Shown: positions 45,271 through 55,248 of the stretch, in pieces
How positions within the stretch are numbered: the first letter of the stretch is position 1
Layout of the letters: each line of letters starts with the position of its first letter
Assembly (NCBI GenBank): GCA_014905635.1
Contig: JABVCE010000008.1
Location: 682,001-746,000, forward strand
Length of the DNA stretch: 64,000 nt
Direction of reading: 5' to 3'
Origin: Scenedesmus sp. PABB004
Lineage: Eukaryota
Made by a program: the position numbers and the translations under genes
The notes under the pieces: model-generated
The model's input: only the letters and a program-made list of their open reading frames with translations
Told to the model about the DNA's origin: nothing
The model's database searches: none

Positions 45271-48200
45271 ATGGACGGCAAGTCGACCCCGGGTGCGTGG
45301 CCGATGAGCGGCCGTGTTCTCGCCGTGGGACAGTAGCATCGCGATGGCTCCGCCTGCGCCCCGGCCGGCGGGGGCCGCCAAGTCAGGGCGCCATGCGCCC
45401 CCTGGCTGCCGGAGGAGCTGCTCAGCCACACCGGCGGCACCCCGCGTCAGGACGGCGCGGCATGCGACGGCGCGGCCGCCGGCGCTGCGCCGCTGCCGCC
45501 GCGCACGGCGCGGCCTGATCCCGGCACAGCCGTGGCTTGTGCACCCTTCGACCGGCATGCCTTCGGCCTGGCGTGGCTTGACCCGACTTGGGGCCCGCCG
45601 GCGCGCGGCCGGGGCGGCGCGGCGTGCTCGCCCCTGACCCGCCGCTGTCGCGCTGCCGCGCCGCGCCACCGCAGGCGGCGCCACCGGCGACCTGGTCCAG
45701 CAGAACGCGGAGCAGACGCTGCACTACCTCGAGCTGGTCGCGGGGCAGATGACCAAGCAGCAGTTCCTGCCGCCGGGCATCACGATCACGGCGCAAGACC
45801 TGATCGCCAAGGGTGCGCCGCGGCGGGGCGCCGGCACCGCGGTGCCCCCTGCCTGCGCCCCGTGCCGCGCCCCTGACCGCGCATGCTGGCGCGCGCGCGC
45901 GCACAGGCCTGCAGGTCTGGAAGGACAGCAGCGGCACGGGGCACTCGAGCGTGGCGTGGCCGGGGCTCATCGACACGCCCAAGAAGGTCTTCAACACCAC
46001 CCAGGCCTGCTGGGCCATCATCCGCACGCCCGGCTGGAACAAGGCACGCGCAGCGCTGCGGCGCGCCGGCCGGGCGCGGCTGGCCTGGCGGGCGGCCCGC
46101 GCAGGCGCTGCGCAGTCTCTGACCGCCGCCGCCGCCGCCGCCGCCGTCTCACGCCCACCAGGCTCTGGGCATCCCGGGCGAGATCACGCCGGCCGCGACT
46201 GCCGCATCCACGGCGCGCGACCGCGGGACGAAGCCCGCAGCCGGCGCGGCGCAGGCGGCCACGCCCAAGTCGCCAGCGGCGCCCAAGTCGCCGGCAGCGG
46301 CGCCCAAGTCGCCGGCAGCGGCGCCCAAGTCGCCGGCGGCGGCGCCCAAGTCGCCGGCGGCGCCCAAGTCGCAGGCGGCCGCGCCCAAGCCGGCGCCGGC
46401 CGCGCCCAAGCCGCCGCCCGCCGAGGCCAAGCCGGCGCCGGCCGAGGACGAGGACGACACCAGCCGCGTGACCGAGGGGGTGAGACGCAGCGGCCGTGCC
46501 GTGGCTGGGCCGTGCCGGGCCTTGCCAGCCGAGGGCCCCCACCCCCTTGCTCACCGCCGCCGGCGCCGCTGTGGGCTCGTGTGCGCCGCTGCCGGCCGCA
46601 GTGCTGGCCCGGCTACTCTTTCCTGCCATGGGCCAAGGAGCTGCACGTGCTGGAGAGCCTGGCCGAGAAGCTGCGCAGCGTGACTGGCAAGCGGATGACG
46701 GGGGAGTCGCTGCACGCCGGCGGGCTGCGCGCGGTGCAGCGCCTAGGTGCGTGCGCCCGGCGGCCCCGCGGCGCGGCGCGCCGCCGCCTGGCCCAGCCTG
46801 GCGCCGCGTGGCACGCCGCTGAGCGCCGCTGAGCGCCGCCGCCCGGCGCGCCGCCCCGCGCTGCTCGCCGCTCGCCGCGCGCAGACCGGCCGCCCAAGAG
46901 CCAGTACTCGGTGTGGTGGCCGGGCGTGATGCAGGGCGACGAGCCCATCCACCTCGCGCCGTCGTACCTTGGCGGCGCGAACAAGGTGCTGGAGAACGAG
47001 CGCTGCTGCAAGGCGCTCGGCGTGCCCACCAACCTGCGCGCGCGCGGCGGCCCCGACGCCGGCGCCGCCGCAGCGGCCGCCGCCGCGGCGGCCGCCGCCG
47101 CGCCCGCGGCCATTGGCGCCGGCAGGAAGCGGGCGTCGAGCGACGGCGGCGGCGCCGCCGCGGCGGGCGGCGCCGGCGCGGGTGTCAAGCGCACGCGCGG
47201 CTCGGACGCGGCCGCGAGCGCCAAGCCGGAGCCGCCCGCAGCGGTTGGCGTGAAGCAGGAGCCGCCGCCGCCGGCGGCGGCGGCGGCGGCGGCTGCGCGC
47301 AAGCAGCAGGGCGGCGCCGACGCGATGCAGGTGGGCGGCGCGCCGGCGGGGCCCCCGAGGCGGTGTACGACGCGGCCAGGTTCAAGAGCAGCACCGCCGA
47401 CGTGCGCGCCGCGGTGGCGGCCGTGCTGGAGCAGCTCGGCCAGACGCTGGAGCTGGCGGCGGCGCACCGGGCCATCCCCTCGCGCACGCTGACGACGCTG
47501 CCGGGCGCGGCGCTGCTCACGTCGAGCCTGCACGGCGCCGCGGTGCGCGACTTTGCCGCGCACGCGCAGCGCCTGCAGGCGAGCCTGGAGGCCGACCTGG
47601 CGCTGCTGGAGCGCATGGCCGAGGCGTACGCCGCCGCGCCGCCCGCGCCCGGCGCCAAGCCCGGCGGCCGCGCGTCGCGCGGCAGCTCCGCGGCGCCCGA
47701 CGCGGGCGCGCGCAAGCCGTACGTCGCCTTCCGCGGCGCGCTCGAGGCAGACGCGGCGGACGCGGCGGCGTGGCTGCGCGACGCGCGGCAGGCGGAGGTG
47801 CTGCTCGCGCTGCGCGCGGTGCGGGACGTGCGGGCGATGTCAGACGCGCTCAAGGACGCGCAGGCCGAGGCGGCGCGCCTGCGCACGGAGCTGGCGGACG
47901 CGCGCGCGGCGTCGGGCGCGGTGCGCGCGGCCGCCGCGGAGCGGGCCGCCGAGGAGCGCGCGGCGGCTGACGTCGAGGCGCAGCGCCAGCAGCTGCAGGC
48001 GCTGCTCGCGCAGCAGCGGGCGCAGCAGCAGCAGCAGCTGCTGATGGCGCAGCAGCAGCGCGGCGCGCACGCCGGCGACGGCCGCGGCTCCGACGACGGC
48101 GCGCGCCGCAGCGCCGGCGGCGGCGCGCCGCCGCTCGCGCGGCGGCCCAGCGGCGGCAGCGAGGCGGCGCAGGAGCACGACGCCGACCTGCAGGCCGCCG

Positions 48201-48343
48201 AGGTGCTCGCGGCGGCCGCGCTCTACCGCGCGAGCAGCGGCGCCGCCGCGCCGCGGGGCTCCTACGGCGACGACGACGACTTCCTGCCGCGGCGCAGCTC
48301 GGGCGCGCCGCCCGCGGCGGCGCGGCACCCGGCGGCGTCGTCG

Positions 48344-48378
<35 letters not shown>

Positions 48379-48469
48379 GCCGGCGAGCCTCATGATGTAC
48401 CTGCAGCAGGTCATGCACCACAGCGGCCCAGGCGCGTCGCGCAGCTCCGGCGGCTACGGCGATGAGTGA
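45271..48469 (+). CDS. Hypothetical protein with two copies of an ~85-aa domain, a KSPAAAP-repeat linker and a coiled-coil C-terminus; apparent frameshift near 47350
   Basis: Coding-like exons at 45675-45812, 45908-46043, 46162-46479, ~46602-46746 and 46885-48469, with phase-consistent splice sites. The start at 45271 (MDGKSTPG) is tentative. Confidence 0.65.
46262..46410 (+). repeat. Coding minisatellite (18-21 nt unit) encoding (PKSPAAA)n
   Basis: Tandem units of GCGCCCAAGTCGCCGGCAGCG and variants. Confidence 0.9.
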
Positions 48470-48948
48470 CTCGCGGGGCGCGCGGTGCGTGCGGCGCGCC
48501 GGCTGTGGCGGGGCGCGGCGTGCGGTGCGGCGGGCAGGAGGCCTCCTGCTAGGAGCGGCGGGTGGCGGAGAGCGCTCTCTTACTTGCTTGGAGGGCGCCG
48601 CAGCACGGCCGATCGGTCGCGGCCGAGGCGCGCGCGTGAGTTGATGGTGTCACAGCTGGACCCTGCGCCCTGGTCCCGACGCTCGCCGCATCCGTCGCCC
48701 ACGGGAAGCCCGTGCCCAGCCCGCATGGCTCCCCGTGCGATGCCCGCCGGTCGCGCAAGCTGCAGTCATCAGCCATCGCTCAGCGAGCTGGTGGATGGAT
48801 TCACAGCGCGCGCTCCGCAGCCTCGGCAGGCTCTACCCGCGCGAGGCGCCTCACCGCGCGCTCGGTCAACACGGGCAAGGCGCCCGGCCGGGCGCCCCGA
48901 GCTCGCGAGCCCGCGCGGGCCGCGCACGAGCGCGCCCGAGCGCTGCGC

Positions 48949-50850
48949 TCAGTCGTCATAGACCAGGCACTCGAGCTCGCCCGGGTTGTCGGCGCAAAAC
49001 TCCTCGAGCGGGTCGCCAATCTTGGCCTTGGCGCCGTCGAGCGCGGAGCAGATGCTGCTGAACACGGCCTCCATGGAGCTGTTGCCGTCGATCTGCGGCG
49101 GCGGCGCCGGCGCCGGCGGCGGCGCGTGGGCGGCGCGTCGGCGGCGGCCGCCCAGCCAGCGCCGGCCGGGGTCTCGCCGCGGCGTGGGCCGCGCTGCGGC
49201 GGTCACCTCGTGCAGGCAGTTGGTGTAATAGCCGATGACCGCGTCCACGTTCTTGAAGTGAGTCTCCAGCCGCGTCTTGCACTGCGGCGCGGCGCGGTGC
49301 GGCGCGGCGGGGGCGGCCACGCGGCTCAGCGACGCCCGCCGCCGCGCGCCTGCCGCTGCGCGCCTGCGCCGGAAGGCCCCCGCCGCGCCTTCTCCTCGGT
49401 GTCGTCGCTGCGCTGCACGAGGCGGTGCTCGACCTCCTTGGGCGGCGGCTTGTACTTTAGGTGGTAGATCGCGCCCGTCTCGGGGTCCATGCGCCGCCCC
49501 ACGACGCGCTCGACCAGCAGCTCGCTCGGCACCTGCGCCACGACACGCGCGGCGCGGCGCGTGTCGGCGCGGGGCCGCGCCCGCCCGCCCGCCCGCCGCC
49601 GCCACTGCCGCCGCCGTGCGCCCCCACTGAGCCCCTCTCGGCACCCGCCGCCGCCCGCGGCAAGCAGCCCCTGCCGGCCCCCGTGAGCGGCTCAGCACAG
49701 CTCCGCCCAACCCAGACACAGCTCAGCCCAAACACACAGCCCAGCCAAGCGCAGCCCAAGCTCAAGCGCAGCCCAAGCGCAGCCCAAGCGCAGCTCAAGC
49801 GCAGCGCAGGTCACAGCTTGGGCTGAGCCCAAGCGCAGCCCAAACACGCAGCTCAGCCCAAGCTCAGCCCAAGCACACAGCCGCAGCTGCAGGCTCACGT
49901 CGATGAGCAGGAAGATGTCTGGCCGGATGCCCTCGCGCTCGATCGCCTCCGCCTGGCTCGCGCTGCGCGGGTAGCCGTCGAGGAGCCACCCCGCCGACGC
50001 GACGTCGGGCGTGGACAGGCGCGACTTGACCATCTCGACCACGACCTCGTCGGGGACGAGCACGCCGCGGTCCATAAAGTCCTTGGCCTTCTTGCCTGAG
50101 GGAGAGAGGGAGGGAGAGGGGGGGGGAGGGAGGGAGGGAGACAGGGAGTCAGGGAAGGGGGAGCCGGGGAGGGCGGGCCAGCGAGGGAGGCAGCGGGGAG
50201 TCAGCGGCGCGGTGGGAGCGCGAGTCGGGGAGGGCAGGGAGGGAGCTCCCGCGCGGGCAGGCGCGCCGCGCGCACCCGCGGGCGTGCCCATCGCGACCTG
50301 CTCGCGCAGCAGGTCGCCCACGGAGATGTGCACGAGGCCGTACTGCAGCGGCAGAGAGGCGGCGGCGGGCGGCGGCGTCGGGCGGCGCGCGAGCGCGCGC
50401 CGCGCGGCCCGCGTGCCGTGGCGGCCTGCGAGGGGCAACGCGCGCCGCGGCGCACCTTCTCCACGATGCGCTCGCACTGCGTGCCCTTGCCCGCCGCGGG
50501 CGCGCCCGAGATCATGACGCGCAGCGGGCGCTGCGCGGTCGCGTTGGCCTCCGCCTGCGCGCACGCAGCGGCGGCGGCGCGCGGCGGCGGGCGAGGTCGC
50601 ATCCGCCGGCGCGCGCCCCCGGGGGCTTGCAGGCGCGCCGCGGGGCTGCAATGCTGGGCGCCCAGGCGCAGCGCACCCGGACGACGAGCGCGGGCCGGCC
50701 CGCGAGCCGCGGGGCGCCTGCGGGGCGGCGCGCGGGGTCAGGGCGTCTCCCGGCGGTGGCGGGCGGCCAGGGACGTGCTAGCGCGCCCCCGCACGCACGC
50801 GCCGCGCGCCCGCCGGCCGGAGCCCGGCAGCGCTGGAGCTGCATCTGCAT
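48949..50850 (-). CDS. Plastid adenylate kinase with C-terminal CP12-like extension (Chlamydomonas ADK3 type), multi-exon
   Basis: Contains MISGAPAAGKGTQCE, HISVGDLLR, GVLVPDEVV, GWLLDGYPRS, GRRMDPETGAIYHLKY and QRSDDTEEK. The C-terminus is IGDPLEEFCADNPGELECLVYDD*. Confidence 0.93.
49690..49885. repeat. Intronic minisatellite, ~11-nt unit (CAGCCCAAGCG-like)
   Basis: Degenerate tandem copies of CAGCCCAAG/CAGCTCAAG within the adenylate kinase intron. Confidence 0.8.
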
Positions 50851-51152
50851 CGCGTTGGCGTCAGAGGGACCTCCCAGCGGTCCGGGGCGATCGGCGGGCG
50901 GCTGCTGCGGCAGGCGGCGCACGCGCGGCGGCAGCGGCAGCGGCGCGCGCCGTGCCGCCCGACGGTGAACCGCGCTCAGCGCTAACGAGCTGTGCGCAAT
51001 CGCGACCCAGTCAGGCGCGCTGCCCGCGATCTCCGGCCGTTCGTGGGGCACCGCTACTCTCCGCCGCCGCTGCTGCCACGCGCGCAGCCGCCGCGACTGT
51101 CGCTGCCGCCGGGCCGCAGCCAGCAGCCGCCAGCGCGCCCGCAGCAGCCGCC

Positions 51153-51975
51153 ATGGCCCAGTCCTGCAAGGCCGCGACCGACTTCAACCTTGCGCCCACG
51201 GCGGAGGACGAGCAGGAGGTCTGGGGCGCCGCCCGGCCCGGCGCGCGGCAGCAGCGCTGCTACGACGACGCAGTCGCCGTAAACGTTACTCCCGCCGAGG
51301 GTGCGGCCGGGCGGTCGCGCGGCTGCCGCCGCCGCCGCCGCTGCCGCTGGCAGCGGCGGCGCCAGCCTTCAGCCGCCGGCCAGCCCCGCCGCTGCGGCGG
51401 CGCCTGCCCAGCCGCCGAGCCGCCGCGCCGCGTCCGCAGTCGAGGAGTGGGTGGGCGCGGTCAAGGCGGTCGGCGTGTCGCGCGTCGTGAGCATGCTGTC
51501 CGACAGCGAGCTCGCCACGTACGAGCAGCCGCTGCCCGCCGCGCTGGCGGCCGCGTTCCCGCAGGGCTACGTCAACGTGGACGCCAAGGCCCCGGGTGCG
51601 GGCCGCGCGCGCGCAGCGGGCCTGGGGCAGCGGCGGCAGCGGGTCGGGGGCAGCGGCGGCGCAGTGCCACGCAGCAGCAGCGCGGGCGCCGCCCACGACG
51701 CGCGCACGCGCCGCCGCCCGCCCGCAGGCGCGGCGGCGGAGATCATGGCCGCGCTGCGCGCCGCCCGGGCCGCGGGCGACCGCGTCCTGGTGCACTGCTG
51801 GGGCGGCGGCGGCCGCACCGGCCTCGTGCAGGCGGCCTGGCTGTGCGCCGAGCGGGGGTTCTCCCCCGAGGCCGCGGCCGAGGCGGTGACGGCCTACGGC
51901 GCGGCGCGCGGCTGCTCGCGCCGCGTCGACGTGGCGGCGCTGCGCGACTTTGTGGCCGCGGCGGGCAAGGCGTAG
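51153..51975 (+). CDS. Small Cys-based (CX5R) protein tyrosine/dual-specificity phosphatase, 3 exons
   Basis: Active site VLVHCWGGGGRTG. N-terminal sequence FNLAPTAEDEQEVWGAARPG...VEEWVGAVKAVGVSRVVSMLSDSEL. Confidence 0.87.
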
Positions 51976-52443
51976 GCGGCAGCTTCCTTCGGCGCGCAGC
52001 TGGGACCGGGCACACATGTTTGCGTTACGACCGACTGAACGCTCGCTCGCTCCGCTCACTACGACCAACGCCGCCGCCGGCGGCAGCACCAAACGCCAAA
52101 ATCGCGCCCGGGCCCGCGCCGGCGGCCGCCGACCGCACGCGGCGGCGCCGCGCGGCCGCTGCCCCCGCACCCAGCAGCGCAGCACGCAGCGCGCCGGCCC
52201 AGGTCTGCAGCACGAACCGCACCAGCCGCCGCGCGGCGCCCCCCCCCCCTGCCGGCGGCGGCACCGCCGAGCCCAGCCAGCGCGCGCGCGGCGCGGCGCC
52301 GCAGCCTGAGAGCTGCGGCGCCGCGCGCGCGGCCGCGGCGGCCGCGGCGCGTTGGCCGCGCCGCCGCGGCGCGCCCCCGCCCTCCAGAGCAGTGCCGCGG
52401 TGTCCCTGCTGCCCCGGGCTCAGGCCCCGACGCCGCCCAAGGC

Positions 52444-54979
52444 TCAGGCCTTCTTGTGGAAGCTCTCAAAGTACTCGACCTCCTTCTTGGAGCCTGCGGG
52501 TGGGCGGACGACGAGAGAGCGGCGGGCGCGCGGCGCGGCGGTCGGCGGCTGGCGGCCGGCGGCCGGCGGTCGCCCCCGCACGCGCGCAGGCCCGCCCGCC
52601 CGCCCGCCCGCCCGCCTGCCCCACCGCGCCGCGCCGCGCCGCGTGTGAGCACACGCTCACCGATCATGAGCGGCACGCGCTGGTGCACCTCGGAGGGCAT
52701 GATGTCGAGCACGCGCTCCGTGCCGGTCGAGCCCTTGCCGCCCGCCTGCTCCGCGATGTAGCTCATCGGCGCGCACTCGTACAGCAGGCGCAGCTGGCGC
52801 GCGCGCGCGGTGGACGAGCGGCGCGCGGGCGGGCGGGGTGGCGCGCTGAGCGCGTGCGCGCGCGCCGGCCGCCCGCCGCCGCCGCTCGCCTCGGCCCCTT
52901 CTCTTCCGCCCCCGCTGCACACTCAAACAAACGCCACGGCCAAGCTCACAGCGCCCGCGCCGCCGCGGCCACACCTTGCCGTTCTTGTTCTTCGCGTCGC
53001 CGGGGTAGCCGTAGATGCCTCCGTAGAGCAGCGTGCGGTGGAAGTCGCCGACGAGCGAGCCGATGTAGCGCGCCGAGTAGGGCTTGCCGCCCCACTTGGC
53101 GGGGTCCTTCAGGCTGTCCATGTACGCCTTGGTCGGCTCGTCCCACATCGCGTAGTTGCCCTCATTGAAGCTGTAGATCTTGCCCACCTCGGGCACCTGC
53201 GCGGCCGCGGTGGCGCGGGGGCGGTTGTCTTGAATGAGCTTTGAGTGGGTGGGTGAGTGCGCGCCCGCGCCCCCGCCCATGGCCCGCGTCACCCAGCGCC
53301 GCGTCCGCGCCGCCGCGCCCGCGCCGCCGCCCAGCGCCGCCGCCGCGCGCCGCGTGCGCGCCTGGATGCGGTTGTGGGTGAGCACAAACTCGCCGACGTA
53401 GGGGTCGAGCGTGAAGCCGTACACGCCGTCGCCGATCGTGAGCACGAGCGTGTGGCAGCTGGAGTAGAGGCAGTAGCCGGCGGCGAGCAGGTTCTTGCCC
53501 GGCTGGCAGACGTTGGTGATGCAGGCCTCGAGGCTCTGGTCGAGGTTGTCCCCGATCATGCACTGCTCGCTCGGCTCGTAGATGCCAAAGATGCTGCCCA
53601 CGCTGATGCCTGGGCGCCACGGCCGCGGCGCGACGCGCGGCGGCGGCGGCGCGGTGAGTGCCGCGGGCGGGGGACAGAGGGCGAGGGGAGGGAGGGCGGT
53701 GCGAGCGCGGGCGGCGAGCGCGCGCGCGGCGCCGCGCGGGCTGCGGCGGCGCGCGCACCAGCGTCGATGTTGCTGCTGCCGTCGAGGGGGTCGAAGACGA
53801 CGATGTAGTTGCCGCTCGTGGTCTCCTCGACCGCGACCGGCGTCGCCTCCTCCTCGCTCGCGATGACGCCGGTGCGGCCGCTCATGCGCAGGACGTTGCA
53901 GAAGATGTCGTTGGAGATGACGTCGAGCTTCTTCTGCTCCTCGCCCTGCAAGGAGGGAGGGAGGGAGGCGCGGGCGCGGGGCGCCGAGGGGCGGGCCGGA
54001 GGCAGCGGGAGAGCCGGGTCGGGGGGAGGGCGGGCCGCCGCCGCCGCTGCTGCGAGCGCTGCTGCTGCCCGGCGCCGCTGCTGCCGCTGGTGCTGCCCCG
54101 GCCGCTGCCGCTGCCACCCTGGCTGCTGCCGCCGCCGCTGCTGCCGCCGCGGCCGCACCTGCACGTTCTCGCCGGTGCCCGCCACGCCGGTCAGGCTGCT
54201 GATGCCGCTGCGGCCCACGGCCGCGGCGATCTGCTTGCACGCCAGGCTGATGGAGGACAGCACGGTGGCGAGCTCAGAGTCAATCTTGCCCTTGCGCTCC
54301 TCCTGCGGGGCGCGCAGGGGGCGAGGGCGGCGGCGGCGCGCGCGGCGCGGTCGGCGCGGCGGCGCGGGCGCGCGAGCGCGCATGCACGCGGGGCGCCGTG
54401 CCGGCGGTGGCCCGCCTCCTTCTCCACCAGCCCCGGCCCGGCCAGCGCTGCGCGCCGCGGGCGGGAGCGGCAGCGGCAGCGCCAGCGCCCAGCGCGGCGC
54501 GTCGGCGCTGCCGCGCCGCGTCGCGCGCCGCACCTGGAGCAGCCAGGTGGTGAAGGTGTAGAGCTCAAACTGGCTCTTGTTGTAGGACGCGGGCGCGGGC
54601 GCGGACTTGGCCTCCACGGCGGCGGCCTGCGGCGCCGGGGGCCGACGACAGTGAGCTGCGCCATGCCCCCACCCCCCGCGCCCGCCTGCGCGCGCATTGG
54701 ACCCGCTGCCGCGCCCTCACCGCCGCCTTCACGCTGCGCTGCGCGGGAGCCACGCCGGCAGGGGTCGCGGCCTTGCCATTCTGCGAGCGCAGGCGGGGCT
54801 GATTGATGGCTCGACCCCGGCAGCGCCGCGCCGCGGCGTGCGGAGCCTGGGGCGGCCGCATTCGGCCGCACCTGCAGCGACGCCACCACCGGCGCGCCGA
54901 AGGCCACGCGCGGGGCCGCGGCGCGGCGGGCGGGCGCCGCGGCCTTGGCCGACAGCGAGCTGCGCTGGGCGAGCGCCAT
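52444..54979 (-). CDS. FBP: Chloroplast fructose-1,6-bisphosphatase (redox-regulated type), multi-exon
   Basis: Transit peptide MALAQRSSL..., [39 protein letters not shown], Cys-containing regulatory loop SEQCMIG...[37 protein letters not shown] and [11 protein letters not shown]. Confidence 0.97.
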
Positions 54980-55248
54980 GGCGACGCGCGGGGGGTGGGG
55001 GCGGGGCGGGGGCGTGGGGGAAGGTGCCGGCACCGGGTGCGCCGCGCGGCAGGGGTCGGGCGGGGCGCGGGACGCGCAGAGCGCGCGGGCTCAGCGTTGG
55101 TTGCGCGCGCTGCTCCCGCGAGCTGGGCGGTCCAGATCGCCAGGCCACCGCGCGTCACCAGCGTCTACACCACCTAGCGCCCGGCGCAGCCCACCAACTC
55201 CGCGGGCGCGCGGCAGCGGCGCGGCAGCGGCGGGCGGCGCGGCGCAGC

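Noticed and set aside
49690..49885. Repeat array resembling a CRISPR or a MITE
   Set aside because: The units are short, degenerate and tandem, without unique spacers, clear terminal inverted repeats or a target-site duplication. It is an intronic minisatellite in a eukaryote.
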